From Entomortierella parvispora E1425 (Eukaryota > Fungi > Mortierellomycota): a stretch of DNA of 64,000 nt. The position numbers and the translations under genes were made by a program. The notes beneath the pieces are model-generated. The model saw only the letters and a list, made by a program, of their open reading frames with translations. It did no database searches and was not told the origin of the DNA. Numbering within the stretch: the first letter of the stretch is position 1; every line of letters starts with the position of its first letter. The stretch lies in the NCBI GenBank assembly GCA_020891255.1, contig BQFW01000007.1, positions 2,666,001-2,730,000 on the forward strand. Direction: 5' to 3'. Below are positions 13,062 through 25,327 of the stretch, in pieces.

Positions 13062-15842
13062 TTAGACAATGGTCTGGAAAATGGTGATCGGCTTGGACTT
13101 TATCGTCGTTGGAGATGTTGGTGAAGGCAGTGGACCGTTTGCCACCGAAGCTCCTTTTTTGTCAATGCCACCCATATTGCCACTGCTGCTGCTACCACCG
13201 CCAGTGCTGTTTCTGTTGCCCAGGGTTAGTCCACCTGGGTTGGTCATGGTCTTGCTGAACTGGAACTGCAACCAAGAGTGGACTGGGAAATGAGCAAGGT
13301 TCTTGCTTCTCCGCTTCAAATCAGGGATCCTGTTCACTGACGCCGCTGCAGACGCTGGGAGGATCTTGGGCATTGCTGTCATTCCTTCGACTTGAGGACG
13401 ACGGGGGACCGCTGTTGACTTGAATCCAACTGTTTGTCCTTGTGCAGGGGAGGTCGACGATGTAGCGCCTGCAGCGGATGTGGAATTGGTCGCCTGTGTC
13501 CATGCCGAAAGTATTCCTTGCGTTTGACTTGAACTATTTCGAGTCCGCGCTCGCTGGAAAGGCGAGAATGGGGTGCGAGTCTGACCCTTCTCCAGCGCAA
13601 CCGTCAATCTCGAAAAGTCTCGCCATAACTCTGCAGGTGGCTCAATCGTCGTCCGCCTCTTTGCAGTCGCTGTCGTCGCGTCTGCATTGGCATTTCCTTC
13701 TTCGTCCTCGCTATCTTGCTCCTGACCATGCTCGTCCAACTCCTGAATACGGGCGGCTGCGATCACAGGTGGCCTTGGTGGCAAAATCGGTTCTAGCAGC
13801 CACGAAAGCGGGATGTTGCCCAATCGACTCGATATTCTCTGTGGTTGGGGCTGGGGAGCTGGGGCGGGCGCCATGGGCGGGGTCGCTAAAAGTTGCATTG
13901 AGAGTTGAGGAATGGGCGGAGTGGGCAAATGGGAGGGATGCGAGATCTCCTTCAAGGTTGGGGGTGCCATGAGCTTGATATTTCGCTCTGTTGATCGAGA
14001 GATGGCTGGCATGGCGTAACGGCGGTTCTGCTGGATAATCATCTTGACGAACGACATGCACTCCTGTTCGGACAAGACCAATTCAGAGACGTATTCCGAT
14101 GTGTTGTCGAGCTTTTGGCCCAGCCAGTCTATCCGGACTTCCCAGTTCGTCACTGTGTCCACGGCCTAAAACATAATAAAAGAAAAGTATTAGAAATCGA
14201 TAAGTGCTCCTTCCTGGTCACGTTAGTGAACTTGACTAATTCAAGTCTCTCAAGCATGCCACAATCCTGTTTTGTTGGCACAGACCCAGAAGGACCTAGC
14301 GTCAGGCTACAATGCATGATCTCATTTGTTGTATCTTGTTACCTGGCTACAATCACGACCAACGGCCTGGATCTGCTTTTGTAGCTCTTGTCGATCCTTT
14401 TCCATGCTCAGGGCAAGACATTCCAGCTTCCAAAAGTTTTCTTCCAGGGCTGATCTCGCATTGGCGCTTGTTGCTTTGGTCTCGTCTACATTATCATGCA
14501 TAGAAGGAAAGAAAAAGAACGAAAAGAAAAATACCCGAGTTCCCATTCATCCAACGGAAAGGGAAGAGCGGAAAGGGAGAAAAAGAGCCAAAAGGAGATA
14601 TCCGGTAAGTTTTTTCCATTCTTATTTTTTGCAATCTTTTCCTCTTTGACATCATTTTTTTCCCGCCGTTTTTTTTCTCTTTTGCTTCCCCTCTTTCTGC
14701 TCTTTGAGAGGAGCCGTAGAAAAACAAAAAACAACAACAAAAACAGAAGGAAAAAAAAAAAAGACCAAAGAAATCATACCGATGCCCAATTGCAATGTTT
14801 CCAGTTCCTGTTCAATGTTTCGCATCGCGCGACTAGCGCGGTTCATCTTGTTGCGCGCCTTGGCCAGTTCCTCACTCATATCCGAGACATTCGTCCCGAT
14901 CCCATGACGGAGCGAATCGTATCGGTCGTCCGGGATCCCGCCCCTGTAGGCTGAAGATCCGCCAAACGTGTGTTCGTCCTCGAAGCCACGTTGTTGAAGC
15001 CGAGGGCTATGACTACGTCCGTCCATGCCTGAAGAAGATCCTCCTCCAGCAAAGCCTCTACGCTGACTGAGATTACTTGTCCGACTACTGATGCTGCTTG
15101 TCCGACTCCGGCTTGCGCTGCTCATGCTCATGCTGCTGCTGTTGTTGGTGTAGGTGCCGTTGTTGTTGTAGCTGCTGTTGCCAAAGCCGTACCTGTTGAT
15201 TATGTGATCCTCGTGGTGCCTGGCCCTGTGATCATAGCCACGATCACTGAGCCTGCTCCGAGTATCAAAGTCACCGTATCGTCCTTCTTCCTCCTCATCA
15301 CGATCATCATCGTCGTAGCTTTGACTCTGGGAATCGCTACTATCCTCCTTGTCACTGTAGTCGTCGTCCTTGTCGTCGTCATAGTCATCGCCTCGATAGT
15401 CGTCCCAGTGAAAGGACAAGGGACGCGGAGAGATGCCTGAACTGGAGAATGAGCCCGAAGTGGTGGTGGGCGAGGAGACGGATCCGAATGAGAAGGAGGA
15501 CGAGGAGCCCATGGTCGTCATGTCTGCGGGTCGAGGTGAATGGGTCAGGGTGGGGGAGAGCTTGGACCCAGGGACGGTGGCGGTTGACAAGTGAGGTTGA
15601 GTGGACGGAGAAGAGGACAAAGAAAACAAGGGGGTATCTGTGGAGGTGGTGGCAGTGGAAGAAGCGGTTGCATGCACTTGGGCGAGTCGCGAGTCAATGG
15701 TTGAACTGAAAGAAAAGTGGTCCTCTGTGGGCGACATTGGCGGGGTCATCATTGTTGATTCCAGTGGTTGTGCAGAAGAGTCTGTGGATGTGTTTAATGG
15801 GTCAGCGAGATTAGGAGATGGCGGCACAAAGAATGGGAGCAT
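13062..15842 (-). CDS. Hypothetical protein with an S/T/D-rich disordered N-terminus, central coiled coil and P/S-rich C-terminus (3 exons)
   Basis: Long ORFs 14652-15866 and 13062-14162 are joined through a middle exon (DETKATSANARSALEENFWKLECLALSMEKDRQELQKQ) with phase-compatible GT-AG sites. The first ATG is at 15842. No family recognised. Confidence 0.7.
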
Positions 15843-16751
15843 GCCTGTGGACAGACGGGCAGACACGGACTTTGGGTTGATGGTGGTCGTTGTTGCTGCA
15901 GTCCTTGTCGTTGTGGCAAAGGAGGAGGAGGAGGAGGAGGAGGAGGAGGAGGAGGAAGAGAAGGAAGAAGGGAGATGGAGGCTGCTATCCCGGGAATGGC
16001 TGCTGTCCTTGGTTGGGGTCTGCTGTGTTGTTCAGTCCATGGTCAGCAAGCCAGCCGTGTGCATGGGAAAAGAAGAGAAAAGGGAAAGGGGAGGGGGGAG
16101 GAGAGAAGGGAGGAGAGGAAAGGAAAAGAAAAGAAAAGAACGGACAGAGAGAGATCAAGTGGAGAGAGAGAGAGAGAGAGAAGAGATCGTCAGTTGGTTG
16201 CGCTTGGCAACAAGCTAGGTTAAAGACGGACGCGTTGATGGACGATTGCTTTGTCTGTGTCTGTGTCTGACCTGGTGGTGCGAAGCCATCCTGGCTGGGA
16301 GGGATGGATGGATGGATGGATGGCTGACTGCGGGCTATGTGGGAGGAGCAGAATGAGGGAAGAGAGTGAGAGAGGAGAGGAGGGGAGGGGAGAAGGAAAG
16401 AAGAAGAAAGGGGCGGGGGGTCAAAGGATATGCAAGACAAGGCAAGGCCAGGCAGGCAAGGTGGGATGTGGGAAGACAGCAATGAGAGAAAGGGAAGGAA
16501 GGACAAAGAAAGAAAGATAAAGAAAGAAAGAAATGGGCCAGAAAGAGAAGAGAGAACAGACAAAGCACCGCAATCTGGACAGAGGTGACAAACGTGCGTG
16601 TATGTGTTGATGTGTGTTGTTGTTGTTTGTCTGTCAGTCTGTGTGATCGAGGGTAAGGGAGGAGGGTGAGTGAAGAGTGAAGGGTGGGCAACAAGAGTTG
16701 TTTGTTTGTTGTGCGGCTGACAGACAAAAAGGCGATGTCAATGTTGTTTTG

Positions 16752-16788
16752 GACTGACTGACTGACTGACTGACTGACTGACTGACTG
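16752..16788. repeat. (GACT)n microsatellite
   Basis: About nine perfect GACT units. Confidence 0.95.
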
Positions 16789-17742
16789 TTGATGAAGCTG
16801 GATGGGATGGGATGAAGGGCGTGGACGAAAGGAAGAAAGGGGCCGAGATGACGAGATAAAAAAGCCCTTTCTTTCCAAGACTCGGTGGTTTTTTCCCCTT
16901 GTCCTCCTCCCCTGTCTTGCATTGTCCTGTCCTGCCCCTGCCCCCCGGCTGGTTTTGATCCAGTCAAGTCCTACTGCTCCACAAGCTTGAATGAACGTGT
17001 GGCAGTCTTGGCCAACAGGAAAAAAAAGAAAAAAGGGTCCTAGAGTCGGGGCGAGACAGAGTTTCTTCCCTGCTTCTTTGCTACAAACAAGCTGGAAGGA
17101 CCCTTCTTCGTCCTCCTCTGTTCTCCTGCAGACAAGAATGGAATCCATCGGCTGTGCCCGAGTCCTCTGGACTGGAAAATAGAGTCAGCCAGTCAATCAT
17201 GGGCGTGACCCCGGGGATGTGATCCTTGACGCCAAGGAGAACAAGATCACGATGCCTCCCTCGGATGGGACCCACCACAGTACGCTGGTCAATTGCACCC
17301 CCTGCATTCAACCGTTGCACTGAACTTGAGGGTCAGCGGAGGGTCGGTGCAACCGTGTCCATTGCCATGTGGCAGTTTGCGTGCTTTGTGGGTGCCCTGG
17401 AGAGAAGAGAAGAAAGAAAGAGAGAAGGAAAAAAACCATCCACGGTGCAACCATGCATCCAACCGACAAAAAAGAAATGCCCACCGCAAAAGGAACTCTT
17501 TCCCCTCTGTCCAACCGCGTCTCGCCGCTGTTTCCCACACGTCCGTCTCCCTTTTGCCTCACTGACTGGCTCTCTTCTACAACCGTTGCTTCTTCTCTTC
17601 TTCTTCTTCCCTGACCTGCCTGCCCTCTTGTAGTATTCCCATTCCCCATCTCGACTCATTCGCAACCAACTGGTCCAATTACTCATTTTCATACTTTTAC
17701 TTCATTTCACTACAACTGCAATCACTCCAAGCACTCTGCACC

Positions 17743-19952
17743 ATGCGCACATGTCTCTTTCTCTCGACGGCCATTGCCCTCGCAGGACTCACCGCAGCAG
17801 CCTCATCCTCATTTACCGTTGCCAACGACGAAAGTGAAGTCTCTGGCTACTTCACCCTCATTGACCGCGTGCTCTTGCCCAATGGTAGCTATGCCTGCAA
17901 GGTCCTTGACCGTGGCGAGACCCAGGCTTTCAGGAACCTCTACCCCATCAACTTTTATGGCGAGCGATCCCAGATTATCCAACGCAAGACCCATGACGAA
18001 AAGTCGCACTCTCACCACGGCAGTGGCTCCCTTTTGGACGAGGAGGAGGGCAAGCAAGAAGCAAGGGAGCTCTTGGAGCTGAACACGAACGTACAATCGA
18101 GTCTTCGGGATGTGGAGCGTCACTTCTTGGAAGCAGATTGCGATACCGTTGAGACTGACGAGGAACTCGACTCTTCTAACACCGGAGAGGTCTTTAACAG
18201 TGATGCGTCGAGTCTAGGCCAGACTGTCTTTGGCGACAGCAACAAGATGCACTCCAACGGCGACTCTACCTACCGCTTGCAGGAGGGCGATGAAGTCGTA
18301 AGTTGAACCATGAACCCAAAACCCCTGCATTTTCGTTCGTCGTGTGACGATCGATCCAACGAGCGAATCAGGCTTCAGTCATCTAACGTGGGGGTCTTCC
18401 TCTCTTCACCTGCAGCGCAAGCTGGTCGACAATGGACCAGACAAGAACCGTGTAGACATTGTCTTCATGGGCGACGGATATACCCTGGGCGAGCGCGAAA
18501 AGTTTTTTAGCGACATGCAGCGTCTCGTCAACGGTAATACTCTCAGTCCTCTTTTCTTTGATCATGCCTGCGAATTTATCCAGGGCACTGACCGTTGTCT
18601 GCATGTCTGTACTACATTCCTTAGACATGTTTATTGGCGACACCTTCAAGTCCTTCCTGCCCCTATTCAACGTCCACGCCCTCTTCCGCCCTTCTAAGGA
18701 AAGCGGTATCGGTACTCAAGGAAAGTGGAAGGATACCTCTTTTAAGCTCTATCGCGACGGAACCGAGCTCCGGGGCATTTATGTTGCCGATCCTCGTGCT
18801 GCCCGTCAGGCCTGTCGCGCCGTTGGCCAGTACGCCTGCGACTTCCCCAGCTTGATCGGTAATGACCCTTACTATGGCGGCCTCGGAGGCGAATTTGTCA
18901 TTTCGACCTCTTCCAACAAATCGGGCACGGTGGTCCTCCGTCACGAGTTGGGCCACAGCTTGATCGACGTGGGTGAGGAATACGATGGAGGACAGGTCTA
19001 CTCGGGTGTGAATGCGGAGCGGTGGTCGATCCAGAATATCAAATGGAAACACTGGCTGACGGATCCTGTGCCCAGAGAGGAGAAGAATGTCTTGAGAGCC
19101 CAGGACTACGCCTGGTATGATCTCAAGAAAGGACCTTACAAGGTCAAGTTTAACTCTGATGGAAAGTTCAAGCGCTGGGACCTCAAGATCTCGCATTCGG
19201 GTGTGGATACTGACGACTCCTTTGAGGTCTACTTGGATGGTGAGAGACTGCCTTGGACCTCGCCCGGTGGATTTGATCGTGATTTCTCGGAATGGGCGGG
19301 CGACCAGGGATTCAGTGCAGGAAGTCACGAGATTGAGTTCCGACAGGGAGCCAAGTACGACAATGAGGAGCCTGATCCCGAGAGGCCCATCCGTCAGCTG
19401 TGCTCAGTGACCATGCACGAGTTCATGGGCGAGGACGAATACCGGTTCGACAACTCTGTGATCTCGGCCTATCCTACCTACGACATCAAGGGTCGCAAGA
19501 CCTGGCGTAGCAACCATGAATTCTGTCTCATGCGCAACATGGCTTCAACTCAGTTCTGCTCCATCTGCAAAGAAGGTCTTTGGCACCGTCTCTTGTCCAA
19601 GGCTTCCCTTCTGGATGAGATTCAGGTCGATTGTCAACACGAGGACGATGACGAGGATGAGGACGTAACTGGATTCGAGATCGAGGCCAAATTGATTCCT
19701 TTGGGTCAGTTCAGGGAGGATCAGAGCAAGAGAGTCAGCAACGAGGAGATCTACAAGACTCAGTGGTTCCGTAATGGTGCTCACTTGGAGGAGTTGGACG
19801 ATCAGGTCAAGGTCAAGGTGCCTGTTTCGGATGAGGGCATCTGGGAGTTCAAGACTGAATTTAAGACCCCAGAAGTTCGAAAGGACCCCCGTGGACTTTT
19901 GAAGGCCAGCAAAGTGTTTGTTTTGGCCAAACGATTCTGCTCCAAGCAGTAA
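17743..19952 (+). CDS. Secreted M64-family (IgA peptidase-like) zinc metallopeptidase, 3 exons
   Basis: There is a signal-peptide-like N-terminus (MRTCLFLSTAIALAGLTAAA). Family-like segments are NRVDIVFMGDGYT..EREKFFSDMQRL, GGLGGEF, zincin VLRHELGHSL..VGEEY and C-terminal CLMRNM.STQFCSICKEGLW. Confidence 0.85.
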
Positions 19953-20607
19953 AGGCAAAAGCTAGCGACTGTGGAGAAAAGATGTAGTAAGGAGGAAAGG
20001 GAGGAGGAGATGACAAGAAAACCAGGGCGTGATCCCTGCTCCCTGCAGCCTTTCACTGCAGGATCGGTTGACTTTCAATAAAATATACGCCCAAACCATC
20101 TCCATCAAAAAGAAACGGTGCGAGGCAAACTAGCAAATGTCTGTCCATCTCTTGGTGGTCTTTTTCTTTTTTTTCTTTCTCCTTTTGAGCCTTCACCCCT
20201 CGGCAAGCAATGCAGATCAGTTGAAGGCTGTTGTGAGTGACACATCTATACACATCCACATTAAGAAGGAAAAAAAAAAGACGGAGGGCTTGTCAGTATG
20301 GTGATGACCCCTTGTCCCGTCCTCCGTACTAGCTCTCCCCTCTCTTATTTTATTCGACTCCAAGATCAAGGGGCTGTGCAAGTCGCCTCCTTCGCCGAGA
20401 CCATGTCGAACAGACGATCCAAGAGCAGAGCGTGAATGAGCAAGATGGGATGCATCTTTTACTGCCTGCAACTGTGCTTGCAAGGGCCCAACAGCCCTTT
20501 TTCACTCTTGCAGTATAAAAGGATATCGCAACGTTGGTCAGTCATTTTTTCGCCCATCCTTCATCTCTGTCTCTCTTATTTCTTCCTCTTCAAAAAGAAA
20601 CTCCATC

Positions 20608-21228
20608 ATGCAATTCAAGTCGCTTTTTGGCCTCGCCACCATCGTCGCCGCCGTTTCGGCCCAGACCACTTCCACCGCCCCAACCCCCACGTCCTCTTCT
20701 TCCCCCTCAACATCCACTGCTACTTCCACGTCTCCCGCCCAACCCTTTGAATCCAACCCCTGCTCGGTTTGCACGCTCAGTTCCTTTACCCATGAATCCT
20801 CCTGTGCCTCCCTCTCGGCCCCAGACCAGGCCCTCCTCGGCTCCGTCTTTGCCAACAGCACAGTCTCGATTACCAACCTAATCGTCGCCGTCAACTCGAC
20901 CGCGGTCAAGAACTGTATCTGCCATTGGGCCGCGGGCACTTTCCTTCCCACAGGTGCTGCTGCCGGTTGTACCGTAGCGGGTACCAGTGGCACTCCAGCC
21001 GCTTGCAACGCCACCCAGATCGAGTTGGCCACACAACAGATGGCGCCCTTGAGTGGCGTTATTCACTGTGATGCCGTCGTGAGCAGTAACACGGGAGCAT
21101 CCCCTCCCGCATCCGGCGCAGCGGGCTCGGGCAATGCTGGATCGGTGGTTGGAATGAGCGACTTTGCTGGAGCCGTGGTGGTGGTCGCAACGGCAGCCTT
21201 GGGCCTGGGAGCGATGGTCGGCTTTTAA
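20608..21228 (+). CDS. Small secreted Cys-rich, probably GPI-anchored cell-surface protein (206 aa)
   Basis: It has a signal peptide, an S/T/P-rich linker, an 8-Cys domain, a G/S/A-rich omega region and a hydrophobic C-terminal tail. The gene is a single exon. Confidence 0.8.
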   Translation: MQFKSLFGLATIVAAVSAQTTSTAPTPTSSSSPSTSTATSTSPAQPFESNPCSVCTLSSFTHESSCASLSAPDQALLGSVFANSTVSITNLIVAVNSTAVKNCICHWAAGTFLPTGAAAGCTVAGTSGTPAACNATQIELATQQMAPLSGVIHCDAVVSSNTGASPPASGAAGSGNAGSVVGMSDFAGAVVVVATAALGLGAMVGF

Positions 21229-22435
21229 CTAGGCAATAGTGATCGATACTATTATACTATCTATAATATACTTGTTGTAGACCTTTGGACTCGACTTTCT
21301 ATCTACAGAGCCTGCACCTGACGCGAAATTGCGGAGCATCGGTCGCACTGGGGACCGGTCGTGCTTGAACTCGGCGCGTTGAACGAGGGGGATGAGGGGT
21401 TGCTTCCACAACAGGGCTCCAAAAAAAAATCGATGTAGCGAGACTGGGTGCATCCAGCTTGAGTGACAAGAGACGCGAGTTCAAGGACAGCTACGATTGG
21501 GATCAGTCATTTACACAACCTTTTCCCGCTTTGCTAACAAGCCTTGTAATGACAATGGTCGCTATTTCTGTTCTTTTCAGGTGCCATGCAGCTCCTCATC
21601 TTTCATCCATATTATGAACTTATTAAGAATACATTGAAGACACGGCCGACAACGCAAGGACCGCGACAAGGAGAATGCTGAAGATGAAGCCCTCTTTTTT
21701 TTTGGATGGCGCGTCTGAGAAGGCGTGGGTTCGGGATGCAGTTTTCGGAACGCTTTGTGGTTTCCACTGCATGTGTATGTACAGGTGGATTCTGGGTGGA
21801 CACGACAGACCTACTGGAGGCTGATTGAGGCCAAAAAAAAAATGAACTTCCCGTACAAAGTGCTTGGGCATTGGGATGTGGAAGTTGGGCCGCCTTCCTG
21901 TACGCGTCGTGTGCATCAGAATGCAATGAAGGTTGAAGTTCCCACTGAAATCCAAGCTCTTTCGTGTGATCTTCGAGAAACTTGTAGGGTAGGACTTCAG
22001 TTGCTGTTGGATCGTGACACTGTCGCACTGACGGGGATGGCCGAGGCAGGACCAGAAGTTTGGGCGGCGATGACGCAAAGACCAAGAGACTAAGGGCTGT
22101 GGGCAGTTGATCTGAACATTTGAGGGAAAAATTCCTTCACACGGGACTGTGGAAAAGGAGAATGAACAGGCCAGGCCTTGGGAACCTTTATCAAACGGTC
22201 CTGACGCGTGAACTTTGAGATTGGCCTCACGTGTAAAAGTTAATGACTGGCCTATGAAGAAATCACATTTAATGTCCTGGACTTGAGTCAAAGAAGGTGG
22301 GCGGCCGAGAAGGGATCCGAGAATGAGAAGCGAGAGGCGCGACTGACGAGAGTGAAGGAAAGAAGGGAGAAGACTTGAAGGAGGGAAAGAAGTGGGCGGG
22401 CGAGTGGTGGCGGTTTAAGGGTGTACAGTGCACGT

Positions 22436-24146
22436 GCAGGGTCCACGTCTGGACGAAGCGAGTGAGGCGCGGAGTTGGAAATTGGTCAGAATCTTGGAAT
22501 CTCCAAGATTCCACTCAACATTCCATCGCGATCCTCGTCTTTTTCAACCTTGGCCATTGCTTGGGCTTGGGTGAGTGGACTCGCTTCAGCATTGTGTCTT
22601 GCATTTTGCTTGGCCATTCCAGCCATTACTTAGAGGTTAAGCTCGATGCTTAGCCGTTACTTAGAGGCTAAGCTCGATGCGAGATTTCGATGGTTAGCCA
22701 TTCCTTAACCAGTCAGGTGATTGCGAGATTTCGATGCATTCGGTTTTGCATTTTGCTTAGAGGCTAAGGCTCGATGCTTAGCCGTTACTTAGAGGCTAAG
22801 CTCGATGCGAGATTTCGATGCTTAGCCATTCCTTAACCAGTCAGGTGAATGCGAGATTTCGATGCATTTTGCTTAGAGGCTAAGCTCAATGCGAGATTTC
22901 AATGCTTAGCCATCCCTTAACCAGTCAGGTGATTGCGAGATTTGCATTTTGCCTAGCCGTTACTTGGAGGTTAAGCTCGGTGCTTCACTCGCAATTCCAG
23001 CTCCCCATAGGATGAGTGTTCAGAGACCCGCGCCTTAATCACCTCCATTGTTGTGTTACTCATGCCTGCCTAACTTTTTTATTTCCGCGTTAGCGCGATT
23101 TGTTGATCAACTTTTACATGTAACGAACTTTCAAGTTGACGCGTCAAGCTCTTGCCATCATGGAGGTTCCCAGGTCCCGAACTGCGCCCGCTCATTATCT
23201 TTGTTTAGTTTCATTTAGACCAGCTTACCTCCACTGGCATTGCGGTCCTCGCCAACCTAGCCATTTCAACAAACAGCACTTACCAGGCACTAGTTGTCGA
23301 TCTGTGCGGATTACAGTGTGCCTAAAGGAAATGGTGAGTGCATCGGGAGACATTGGAGGGTCTTGATGGGGTTGAGCGGGAGTAGAACGCGAGACAAATC
23401 GAGGAGCGAAGGTGAGACGGAATGTATGGTGTATGTTTGGCAGATGGCGAAGATGGGGCGGAGAAAAGGTGGCCAGCGCGAAGTCGACAATTTGCTAGCT
23501 TGAGTTTTCACACAAGGATTATGGGGAGGAGAATGATCAGGTCGAGGTTTAGGAATCTTGCTTCGCCCGGGGACTTGATGCACTAACCTTGAAGCTGATA
23601 AATGAAGAGAGATGGAGGAAAGAAGGGCGAGTGGTGGAGCGTCTAAATCAAGGCCATGCCTCTAAGTAACGGCTAAGCAAAATGCATCGAAATCTCGCAT
23701 TCACCTGACTGGTTAAGGAATGGCTAAGCATCGAAATCTCGCATCGAGCTTAGCCTCTAAGTAACGGCTAAGCATCGAGCCTTAGCCTCTAAGCAAAATG
23801 CAAAACCGAATGCATCGAAATCTCGCAATCACCTGACTGGTTAAGGAATGGCTAACCATCGAAATCTCGCATCGAGCTTAGCCTCTAAGTAACGGCTAAG
23901 CATCGAGCTTAACCTCTAAGTAATGGCTAAGCAAAATGCAAAACCGAATGCATCGAAATCTCGCAATCACCTGACTGGTCAAGGAATGGCCAAGCAAAAT
24001 GCAAGACACAATGCTGAAGCGAGTCCACTCACCCAAGCCCAAGCAATGGCCAAGGTTGAAAAAGACGAGGATCGCGATGGAATGTTGAGTGGAATCTTGG
24101 AATCTCCAAGATTCTGACGCTCGCTTCGCCCAGACGTGGACCCTGC
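22436..24146. repeat. Foldback-like long inverted repeat: left arm about 22436-22980, right arm about 23659-24146, spacer about 0.7 kb
   Basis: The reverse complement of 23673-24146 aligns almost base for base with 22436-22876, apart from two indels and a few substitutions. The inner parts are built from shuffled sub-repeats (cttagccgttacttagaggctaag, gcgagatttcgatg, ccattccttaaccagtcaggtga). No transposase ORF and no TSD were seen. Confidence 0.9.
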
Positions 24147-25327
24147 CAGCTGGTTTTGAAAAGTGGTTCCCCTCTTCTTTCCTAGTCCTCTGTGGCATCC
24201 TTTGAGGTACCGGGTGAGTGCTCGTTTATCAGACAGCGTCACCAATAGTGTGTTCAACATTGGGTTTTCTGGGGGCCAAGACGACTTGGATTGAGTTGAG
24301 GATGAAATGTAGACGCGGAGCAGTCGAGTCTTGCATGAACACGAGGGGCACGAACAGACGCGTGAAAAAAAAAAAAAAAAAAAAAAAAAGACGAACAGGG
24401 GCATGAGTAACCGCATGTACAGAGGTATGAACACAGTCTCATGAGCAGACGCGTGAACAAACATATGATGGGTGTGGATTGGGTCTAGTTTTTCTGCCTG
24501 CGGCACTGACGTTATTCTCAGACATGCACTGAATGATGAACTGCAGACGAAAGAGCGCGAGGGATGACTCCGAGTCCAAGGGAGGGTTCTGGTAAACGAT
24601 GAACGATTGACCACTGACTTTCAGGGAAGTAATACTTGTGGTCCGGCATGACTAGTTCAGAATGCGAAAAATGAACGAAGAGAGGGCGAGAAGGATATGT
24701 GGCGAAGAGGTGCGAGCGCTCGAGACGCGGAAGAAGAAAAGGACTGGTGCCGGTTCAGTAGGAAAGAAGAGTCTGCTCTCTTGGTAGTCTATCCTCTTTA
24801 ATGATAGTCAAAACATCATAGGCGATAGGAGGTGAGGACTTCCAAATCTCATGTCAGGTTTAAGATAACCCGAATAGGCAAGAAAGGGATGTGCCTTGGC
24901 GTCTGGACGCAAGATCAGAGGGAAGAGTGAAGCCTGGCCTGGGGCAAAGGAAAGGAGAGAGGAGAAAGAGAGAGAAAAAAAGAGGGCAAGTCATCTTTTT
25001 CTGTCCATCAATTTTTGCCCATATTGAGACAAACCATTGCGATGCGAGATGTTGGGCTCATCATCCTGCACTCGTTCTTTCCACCGCTTTCCACGCACCC
25101 TAATGACTTGTAAACGAAACTTTCTGTGGTCTCGCGTTGCTCGAGACACTGCGCCATGAGTACTTGGATGGATGGCAAGGCCTTTTGTCTCTCTTGACCA
25201 ACATGGGAAGAGACACGTAACCTATTTTTTTTTTCATCTCTGTTTGTACACTTTCCCACAGTTGTGGTTTATTTCCGTGTGGTACACTGTCCTCTTTATT
25301 TCGATTCATATTATTCGTTCTCCATCG

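Noticed and set aside
15890-17700. Many 60-210-aa ORFs in purine/pyrimidine-skewed intergenic DNA (also 35000-36500 and 50600-54500)
   Set aside because: They translate simple repeats (poly-F/L/S or K/R/E) typical of promoter and UTR regions and show no domain content.
21612-22291. Overlapping 120-220-aa ORFs left of the inverted repeat
   Set aside because: No recognisable motif, splice structure or codon pattern, and there are competing ORFs on both strands.
22620-22980. Sub-repeat array resembling a CRISPR array
   Set aside because: The units are contiguous, shuffled modules with no unique spacers, there are no cas genes, and the context is eukaryotic.
23923-24117. Short ORFs read from the inverted-repeat arms (MAKQNAKPNASKSRN...)
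   Set aside because: Neighbouring copies of the same units contain in-frame stops, so the peptide repeat simply mirrors the DNA repeat.
24254-24330. FHPQLNP peptide resembling the IS630/Tc1 'ELNPIE.W' motif next to the right arm
   Set aside because: The match is too short, with no flanking DDE context or continuous frame, and cannot be distinguished from chance.
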